DNA of 64,000 nucleotides from Candidatus Xenobia bacterium (GTDB lineage Bacteria; Vulcanimicrobiota; Xenobia; Xenobiales; QWHO01): NCBI GenBank assembly GCA_045863235.1, contig BTUM01000038.1, positions 9,263 to 73,262 of the forward strand, read 5' to 3'. Shown piece by piece: positions 57,652 to 64,000 of this stretch (position 1 is its first letter; each line of letters starts with the position of its first letter). The notes under the pieces were generated by a model. It saw only the letters and a program-made list of their open reading frames with translations, ran no database searches and was not told where the DNA came from. The position numbers and the translations under genes were made by a program.

Positions 57652-58266
57652 TCAGGAGCGGTCGACCATTCTGAGCGTCCGGCCGTTGTGCTCCGGGCCC
57701 AGGCCCTCGAACCAGGGGGCCGCCAGTGAGGCCCATTCGGCCGGGCCGGGGTAGCGGGCGGCCAGCTCCTCGCCCAGGGCCAGCTTGAGCATGTCGGTGT
57801 TCACATTGCCGGGGTCGACCAGCACGGCCGCCACCCCCATCGGGAGCTCGCGCGACAGGGCTCTCACCATGCCCTCCAGAGCCCACTTGCTGGCGCAGTA
57901 AGCGGCCACCAGGGCCGAGGCGCTGCGCCCCCAGTCCGAGCTCATCACCGCCACCACACCGCTTTTCCGCTCCACCATGGCGGGCAAGAAGGCCCGCAGG
58001 GAGTGGAACACCCCCTTGACGTTGGTGTCGATCAGGGCTCCGAAATGGGCCGGATCGAGCTCCCAGAGGCGGGTCGAGGGAAGGGCCATGGCCGCATTGG
58101 CCACCAGCAGATCGCACGGATCCTTTGCGAAAGCCTGCAGAGCCGCAAAGTCGCGCACGTCCAGACTGGCTCGCGAGCAGCCCCGAACGTTGTGGCCGCG
58201 GGCTTGCAGCTCGGCCATGAGAGCCTTCCCCAGACCGCGCGTGGAACCGGTGATGACCACATCCAT
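57652..58266 (-). CDS. Short-chain dehydrogenase/reductase
   Basis: TGSTRGLG, ANAA, YCASK. Confidence 0.92.
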   Translation of the reverse strand: MDVVITGSTRGLGKALMAELQARGHNVRGCSRASLDVRDFAALQAFAKDPCDLLVANAAMALPSTRLWELDPAHFGALIDTNVKGVFHSLRAFLPAMVERKSGVVAVMSSDWGRSASALVAAYCASKWALEGMVRALSRELPMGVAAVLVDPGNVNTDMLKLALGEELAARYPGPAEWASLAAPWFEGLGPEHNGRTLRMVDRS

Positions 58267-58335
58267 TCTGTTTACAAGACGTTCAAGTATTCGGGCCTGG
58301 ATCCTGGCTTTATAGAGAGGTCAGGAGGACGACCC

Positions 58336-59331
58336 ATGCTTGGACTGTTCATGCCCACCATCAAGGTGCTCGAGAAGAAGGAGAACCGCCTTACCTTCGT
58401 TTCGTCCCGCAACCTGCCCCCCGGCAGGAATGTCGAGGTCAAACTGGCCGATTCGCGCCGCGTGCGCGTGCTGGTGGAGAACACCCGACCTCTGGAGCGG
58501 GGCTACGCGGTCACGGCTCGGCTCGAGGGTGAGGTCGATCAGGTGGTCGAGACGGTGGCCGCCGATCCGTTCGTGCGCAAGTCTCCCCGGGTCGACTGCG
58601 CCATGCGCGTCCTCTCCCCGGATCTGCCGGGATACCGGGCGGTGACGGTCGATTTCAGCCACGGCGGCGTGCAGGTCGAGACCGAGGGTCCCCTCCCCAC
58701 CGGTCGGCTGCTCGATCTGACGCTCGAGTTCGACAACGACAAGATGGCTTCAGTGCGCTGTCAGGCCCGCGTAGCCTGGTGCGCCCAGCGCTCCCGGGCC
58801 CGTTACCGGGCAGGCCTGCAGTTCGTTACCCCCAGCCCCGAGGTGGACCGGCAGCTCGAGCGCATCGAGGAGACGCTCTCGGTGCGCGATGAGACCTCCA
58901 TTCTCAAGCGCACTCTCGGCTGCGACAGCCCTCAGGCCCAGCCGCGCGCCAGCCGTGAGCAAGCACCAGTCAACGTGGAGCTGGCCGGCGTGCTCGAGGG
59001 CTACTGCAACCGCAACCAGCGTTTCGTAGCTCAGGTGCGCCAGAGCAGCGGCACCCTGGAGCTGACCTTCCCCGGTTGTCAGACCGTGCGCGACTACAAC
59101 AGCGCCAGCGGGGTCACCCTGCAAGGGCTGCGCGAGTATTCCGGCTCGGAGCTGTGCGAGAGCATCACCCGCCGCACCGGCCAGGGCGGCTGGCGCCACT
59201 ACCAGTTCCTGGACCACAACGGCCAGATCGTGATGGAAGTGGTCTCCGAGGGCGTCTGCCAGCCGGGCGGTCGGCTCACGAAAGAAGAAGTGGCTCGACG
59301 GTGGAACGAGCTTTGGGAGTCGATGACCTGA
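58336..59331 (+). CDS. PilZ domain protein (paralogue of 43132-43731, with C-terminal extension)
   Basis: RKSPR, VLSPDLPGYRAVTVDFSHGG. Confidence 0.85.
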   Translation: MLGLFMPTIKVLEKKENRLTFVSSRNLPPGRNVEVKLADSRRVRVLVENTRPLERGYAVTARLEGEVDQVVETVAADPFVRKSPRVDCAMRVLSPDLPGYRAVTVDFSHGGVQVETEGPLPTGRLLDLTLEFDNDKMASVRCQARVAWCAQRSRARYRAGLQFVTPSPEVDRQLERIEETLSVRDETSILKRTLGCDSPQAQPRASREQAPVNVELAGVLEGYCNRNQRFVAQVRQSSGTLELTFPGCQTVRDYNSASGVTLQGLREYSGSELCESITRRTGQGGWRHYQFLDHNGQIVMEVVSEGVCQPGGRLTKEEVARRWNELWESMT

Positions 59332-59974
59332 CCACCCGGTAGGCGTGGTAACCGAAGAGCTGAGCCAGGCGACAGAACGGCTCCTCGTCGTCGTAGTGGA
59401 AGATGAGCGCCCGGTCGGTCTTGGAGGAAAGCTCGAACAGGGCCCGCCGCTTGGCCGCCAGGCTGCCCGTGGCCAGCAGCCGGCTGGAACGGATCTCCAG
59501 CCGGTGCCTCTGGACGAACTTCTCCAGCACCGCCTTGTCGCCGTGGGCGCTGACCACCCAGGGCTGCAGCTCGGGGCGCATGGGAGCAAGCTGAGCTCGA
59601 TAGTAGTCCAGGAAGCCCTTGTCGGTGAGGGTGCGGTCGAAGTCCACGCTGGCCAGGCAACGCAGCTTGAGCTTGCGGGCCAGCTCCAGAGAGTCGGGCT
59701 GGCGGATGGAATGGAGCGTGTCGGCGTCCAGCACGGGGGCGCGCCGCTCGCCCTTGAGCACGGCCCGCAGCCGATGGGTGATCTGACGCAGATAGCGCGG
59801 CCAGCTCAGGCCCGACTCCTGGAGAAACTGCTTGAGCTCGGCTGGCTCTTCCGAGGCCAGTCGGAGAACGTTCTTGAGATGGATGGTCTGGCGACGCGTG
59901 AAGAGCAGCTTGGTCAGGCCCCGCTCATTGAGATCGGAGAGATCCAGATCGGCAAACTCGAGATAGCCACTCAT
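59276..59974 (-). CDS. Hypothetical protein with HAD-like motifs
   Basis: SVDFDRTL (DxD), VVSAHG, K, HYDD. Confidence 0.6.
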   Translation of the reverse strand: MSGYLEFADLDLSDLNERGLTKLLFTRRQTIHLKNVLRLASEEPAELKQFLQESGLSWPRYLRQITHRLRAVLKGERRAPVLDADTLHSIRQPDSLELARKLKLRCLASVDFDRTLTDKGFLDYYRAQLAPMRPELQPWVVSAHGDKAVLEKFVQRHRLEIRSSRLLATGSLAAKRRALFELSSKTDRALIFHYDDEEPFCRLAQLFGYHAYRVVRSSTPKARSTVEPLLLS

Positions 59975-59979
59975 GCAGG

Positions 59980-60040
59980 ATTAACACTGCGTTCACGGCC
60001 TGTTCACATCCTCCTGGGCTGTTAACAATCTCCTCACATC
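59980..60040 (+). promoter_or_regulatory. 11-bp direct repeats (Pho-box/OmpR-family-like) in a divergent promoter
   Basis: ATTAACACTGC|GTTCACGGCCT|GTTCACATCCT ... GTTAACAATCT|CCTCACATC. Confidence 0.5.
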
Positions 60041-60106
60041 GCTCGCGTTGGTCGAGTGGCTGCAGGGTGGTATGCTCTGGACAAGTACCGTCGAAGGGAC
60101 CAATCC

Positions 60107-61645
60107 ATGGATCGCATCGCGCAGCTCTTTCAGGTAGGAGAATCGCAGGGAGTCGAGGGCGACAGCTCGGCCGCGCTGCTAGGAGGAAGGCTGGGTGGGG
60201 CGCTGGCCCGCCTGGGCGGAGGCGCTCAAGCGCCCGGTCAGGGCCTGGCTGGAGGGCCGGCCGACGGGTTCAGCCAGAACACCGACCCGATGACGGGCGC
60301 CGCCCAGGGAGCCGCCATGAACCCGCTGCTGGCGGGCCTGGCCAGTTGGAACACGGACCAGAGGCTCCAGGAAGGGGCCCGGGACGTCATGGCCCTCAAA
60401 GGCGTCGAGGGGGCTGAGGGTGGCGGCCAGCAGCCTCGGTCAGGGGCTCGGGACGTGGGCACCGCTGTTCAGAAGCTTCAGCAAGACTATCAGCGAGCCA
60501 AGCAGACCAATGCTTCGCTGACCCAGCAGACCGAGACCATGGTGCAAAAAGCCCTGGAAGGTGAGCAGCAGCCGCAGGAGCAGCAGCAAGCAGGTGGTGA
60601 GGGCGGTGGCGCCGGCGACGCCGGAGGAGCCGGCGGTGGGGGAGGCTGCCCCAACTGCCAGGGAGGATCGAGTGCCGGGGGGCCGGGCTCCACCGGCTCG
60701 AGTGGCTCGAGTGGCTCGGGCGACAGGCCGATGGACATCTCGCAGGACAACCGCACCGGCAACCTGACCACCACCGCCGCCAACATGCTCGATTCCGCCT
60801 TGCAGGGGAACAAGGATTTCGACAACATGTTCAGCCAGTTCGGCCAGGGCACCGAGGGCAACTGCGCCGCGGTGGCCTGCATCAAGGCGGCCATGGACGT
60901 GTACGACAACAAAGTCTTCGACAGCGTGCAGAAGGGTGACGACGGCAGCTACACCATCAAGATGCAGGACGGCCAGGAGGTCAAGGTTTCGGCCGCCGAG
61001 CTCGGCCAGGCCGCCCGGGCCAGCAACTTCGACGGCCCCGACAGCGAGGCCAAGTCCTACGCCATCATGGCCTACGCCGCCATGGCCAAGCGGGCCCAGA
61101 TGGAAGGTCATGAGGGCGCTCAGAATTACACTCAGGCCCTCAACAGCCTGGCTGATGGTGACAACCCCTACGATTCAGCCCGTTTCCTGGGCCTGAAGAA
61201 TATGACCCAGGACGTGGACCCGCGTCAGGCCAACGGGGCCAACGCGGTGGTGGGCTGGAACTCCAAGCACGCCGTCTACATCGATGCCACCAGCAACGGA
61301 ACGCGCACCGACCACTACGGGCAGGCCCGCAACTATGACGGCACCGACACCCGCAACCGCGAGCTGACCTCGGGCTTCACCTTCAAGCCCCGCTCCAGCA
61401 GCCCGTCAAGCAGCAGCACTTCGACATCCTCGAGCAGCTCTTCGGCCCCCGGCGCCGGACGCTCGACCAGCAGCTCTTCCGGCTCCTCGAGCTCGTCCTC
61501 GGGAAGCCGTTCGACCTCGAGCTCCAGCCGTTCCACCCCCTCGCGCTCGAGCTCCGGGGGGAGCAGCTCCAGCTCCCGCTCAAGTGGTAGCAGCTCCAGC
61601 TCGCGCAGCACCAGCTCCTCGTCCAGCACAAAGAAGACTTCCTAG
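60107..61645 (+). CDS. Low-complexity protein with a papain/C39-like cysteine-protease domain and Ser-rich tail
   Basis: QGTEGNCAAVACIKAAM (Q-x5-C), KHAVYID; Gly/Gln-rich N-terminus; poly-Ser C-terminus. Confidence 0.65.
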   Translation: MDRIAQLFQVGESQGVEGDSSAALLGGRLGGALARLGGGAQAPGQGLAGGPADGFSQNTDPMTGAAQGAAMNPLLAGLASWNTDQRLQEGARDVMALKGVEGAEGGGQQPRSGARDVGTAVQKLQQDYQRAKQTNASLTQQTETMVQKALEGEQQPQEQQQAGGEGGGAGDAGGAGGGGGCPNCQGGSSAGGPGSTGSSGSSGSGDRPMDISQDNRTGNLTTTAANMLDSALQGNKDFDNMFSQFGQGTEGNCAAVACIKAAMDVYDNKVFDSVQKGDDGSYTIKMQDGQEVKVSAAELGQAARASNFDGPDSEAKSYAIMAYAAMAKRAQMEGHEGAQNYTQALNSLADGDNPYDSARFLGLKNMTQDVDPRQANGANAVVGWNSKHAVYIDATSNGTRTDHYGQARNYDGTDTRNRELTSGFTFKPRSSSPSSSSTSTSSSSSSAPGAGRSTSSSSGSSSSSSGSRSTSSSSRSTPSRSSSGGSSSSSRSSGSSSSSRSTSSSSSTKKTS

Positions 61646-61812
61646 GCGCCGCACCTTCCCTGGCGCGGCGAGCTATAGCGCCGCCTGGGGGCAATCGACG
61701 CGGAGCGCGCCCGCTTCGTCTGGGAGGGAGAGCTGGCCCGAGGCTCACGAGCATCCAGCCTGTCTAGCCTGTCCTCGTTTGGGGCCGCGCGTCAGTTTCG
61801 GCTCGAAGGAAG

Positions 61813-62098
61813 ATGCCAGGCGATGGAGCTGGGCGGCGACCTGGTGGACAGCGAGGTGGACGACCTGATTCGCCCAACCCGGCTCTCCCTCGAATGGAGA
61901 AGGCCGCCGTCAGCCGAGCACCCACCCAGCTCGCCGTCGTCCAGGCCCAGGCGACTCAGGAGCGCCTCGAGGAGGTTGAGCGCGCCAACCCTGGCGTTGA
62001 TCTGCGCAAGAAAGTTCATCGCGGTACACTCAGGGCCGAGTGTGCACCCTACGACGCTATGGTTTCCGTGAGGGGCCCAGGTTGCCACTGGCAATTAC
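61813..62098 (+). pseudogene. Possible decayed MuF/phage head-morphogenesis fragment upstream of a toxin domain
   Basis: QATQERLEEVERANPGVDLRKK...ECAPYDA...PGCH then a frame change into YVPK; weak similarity. Confidence 0.35.
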
Positions 62099-62791
62099 GT
62101 GCCGAAGGTGGAAGATCCAGGACGAGATCTCGCTCCTGCAGAATTCGGTCCAGTGTTACTTGAGCCCGACGATAGCCCAGAGGCCCATGCGGTTGTCGAG
62201 AGACTGTTCCAAGAGCGGAAAGTGAGCATCGCGCCAAGGGCTCTACGCGAGGCAGAAAAGGAACATAGAGATTTCTTTTCCGGTGGTGTGGACCAGCTGA
62301 AGGATCGAGTCTCCGAAAGCCTGAGACGTTTCCCTACACCGTTGCTTGACTTCCTTGCGAAGGCAAATGGTAACTTGATGGTGGTTGGTCAACTAGGCCG
62401 CCTCGTGGCCGAATACGACCGACGTCATCGATTGGCCAGGGTTTCTGTAGAGGGACTGGCGCTTTCTAACGGGATACTGGAAGAAGAGCTGGTCCACATG
62501 CTGGACCACTTGCTGGGAAGCCATGGCCAAGGCCTTCAAGCCACGCTATCCACCGGCAATGGAGTCACCGTCGGCCTGAAGGAGTATGGCGCGGAGATTC
62601 AGCGCCTCTTTCAGGCCGATGCAAGGAGAATTAGCCTCTACGCGAGCAGGAATGAGCGTGAGTTTCTAGCTCATTCCATCCGCTTTTACCTTACTGATGG
62701 TCGAGAGGTCTTGCGAAATCTAGACCCTGAGTTGTACACTGTTGTCGAGAAGTGGTTTGACGCAAGCTTCTGGACTGAGGTTTTACCGTGA
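62099..62791 (+). CDS. Anthrax-lethal-factor (ATLF)-like zinc metallopeptidase domain, atypical motif
   Basis: EELVHMLDH in place of HExxH; YASRNEREFLAH..FY......LRNLDPELY; visibly lower GC than flanks. Confidence 0.65.
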   Translation: MPKVEDPGRDLAPAEFGPVLLEPDDSPEAHAVVERLFQERKVSIAPRALREAEKEHRDFFSGGVDQLKDRVSESLRRFPTPLLDFLAKANGNLMVVGQLGRLVAEYDRRHRLARVSVEGLALSNGILEEELVHMLDHLLGSHGQGLQATLSTGNGVTVGLKEYGAEIQRLFQADARRISLYASRNEREFLAHSIRFYLTDGREVLRNLDPELYTVVEKWFDASFWTEVLP

Positions 62792-63078
62792 AAGTCTATC
62801 GCTATGAAGAGACTCCAACTCACTGGATCGAGGTGGTCCGGCCGGATGAGCTTTTTGACCTTTCCACCCTGGAGGAGCCGCCGGCTCTGGAAGACGAGGG
62901 CCATGAGTTCAAGCTCAGAGCAGTTCACAAGCTCCGCGGGATTCCTCAGACCTTCGCATACGCCTACCGGAAGGATGCTTGGACATTGGATCGTTTGAAG
63001 CTCATGGCTTCAAAGATGCCAGACATCTATCACAATGACGCCTTGGACGTTGGAGCTCTGTTGCGTCAGGGAGCCTGA
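62788..63078 (+). CDS. Small hypothetical protein, putative immunity partner
   Basis: GTGA overlap with the peptidase gene; 96 aa. Confidence 0.55.
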   Translation: MKVYRYEETPTHWIEVVRPDELFDLSTLEEPPALEDEGHEFKLRAVHKLRGIPQTFAYAYRKDAWTLDRLKLMASKMPDIYHNDALDVGALLRQGA

Positions 63079-63143
63079 CATCTTGTTTGAGGAGGTCCCA
63101 GGACTTGTCCCTGAAGCGAGAGGAAGAACAACCACTCCGAGCC

Positions 63144-63181
63144 CTGAGCCACCGGCCGAAAAGACCGGGGGCTCAGTTTTT
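63144..63181 (+). terminator. Rho-independent terminator
   Basis: CTGAGCCACCGG...CCGGGGGCTCAG-TTTTT. Confidence 0.65.
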
Positions 63182-63419
63182 CCCGGAGGGCGTGCTACCC
63201 GACCGCTCCCCCGGCGGCAGCGCTCCCCTAGCCGGGCTTCAGGCCGCCGGGAAGCCACACCCTCTCCTGCCTGGACGGCTCGCTCCTGGCGGTGCCAGTC
63301 CAGGTGGCGGCGACGGTATCGGTCTGTCTGGCCGGGCGCCAGATGGCTGCCGGGCGGGTCCATGACGACCAGATCGTGGTGGTCTCCTACCCCGACGGAC
63401 AGAAGGCGAGGCTCGCGCC

Positions 63420-63662
63420 GTGAAGATCGAGCAGAGGGGCGAGAAGTGGGTTCTCCTCGACACCGCCGGCAAGATCATCGAGACGTACGATACCGAGGGT
63501 GAGGCTCAGGCGGCGCTGGATGCCAAGCAAGGTTGCCCAGGAGGCCAGTGCCACCAGCGCGAGCCTGGAGGAGCGCCCTTCTTCGTGGATGGGGTCGAAC
63601 TCGACGAGGCCCAGGTGCGCTCCCTGGCCAACCTGGTGGCGCGCCGCTCTCGGCGGGCGTGA
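63420..63662 (+). CDS. Small hypothetical phage-like protein
   Basis: KIEQRGEKWVLLDTAGKIIETYDTEGEAQAAL is protein-like and resembles small domains I recall from phage head modules. Confidence 0.5.
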   Translation: MKIEQRGEKWVLLDTAGKIIETYDTEGEAQAALDAKQGCPGGQCHQREPGGAPFFVDGVELDEAQVRSLANLVARRSRRA

Positions 63663-63786
63663 GAACCCCCCTGAGCCTGCCCGAGGCGCTCGTTCTGTGG
63701 CGCAGGCACAACCTGGTGGTGTCGGAGTCCAGCGGGAAGCGACGTGAGTCCACAGCGCCAGCCCCACTTTCCGACAAGAGGAGCCG

Positions 63787-63929
63787 AAACTTGGCTGAGC
63801 GCGTCGGCCGGGGCCTCAACAGGTCGAGCGTCGGGCGAGGCTCAACCTGGCTGAGCGCATCGGCTGGGGCCTCAACAGGTCGAGCGCGTCGGGCGAGGGT
63901 CAAACTGGCTGAGCGCATCGCTCGATCCT
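63787..63929. repeat. Alternating tandem repeat A-B-A-B-A (26-30 nt units)
   Basis: A = (c)AA[C/A]..TGGCTGAGCGC[G/A]TCG..., B = CAACAGGTCGAGCG(CG)TCGGGCGAGG; periods 56 and 58 nt. Confidence 0.85.
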
Positions 63930-64000
63930 CACGTCGTCGCGGAACACCCGATAAGGCTGACCGTTCCGAATCCCGACCTGCCACAGGATGCTCCCGCTCG

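Noticed and set aside
61390..61630. Repetitive TCGAGC/AGCTCC-rich DNA
   Set aside because: Explained by the poly-Ser protein tail
63787..63929. CRISPR array
   Set aside because: The intervening sequences are themselves repeats with no unique spacers, and there are no cas genes in the window

Overview
High-GC bacterial chromosome segment. An SLH-anchored porin, tandem pseudopilin-like modules and several PilZ proteins suggest a diderm Terrabacteria lineage such as Ca. Eremiobacterota, but this is inference only. Left end (1-~4990): the end of a prophage-like element integrated at the 3' end of tRNA-Thr(CGT), with a tape-measure gene, two small ORFs, a tyrosine integrase and candidate arm/operator sites, but no tail genes after the tape measure. 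Middle: mostly single-gene chromosomal content (transporters, repair, cyclic-nucleotide signalling, lipid and envelope enzymes). Stand-outs are (i) a tightly coupled five-gene operon (urea-transporter/M23 fusion, secreted Cys-motif protein, PqqD/RRE, ATP-grasp ligase, LysA-like PLP enzyme) converging on a halogenase-like gene, the best candidate for an uncharacterised peptide-modification system; (ii) two eukaryote-like genes (alkyl-DHAP synthase and a full-length RUS/DUF647 protein); (iii) a TolB-like/GH64-like/FN3 lipoprotein; (iv) a dispersed double-palindrome repeat in three copies, each sharing its terminal TAA with a neighbouring gene's stop codon. Right end (~61800-64000): a decayed phage-like region with an anthrax-LF-like metallopeptidase showing an apparent reciprocal His/Glu swap, a coupled putative immunity gene and an alternating tandem repeat. 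All family assignments come from motif recognition by eye; no searches were run.
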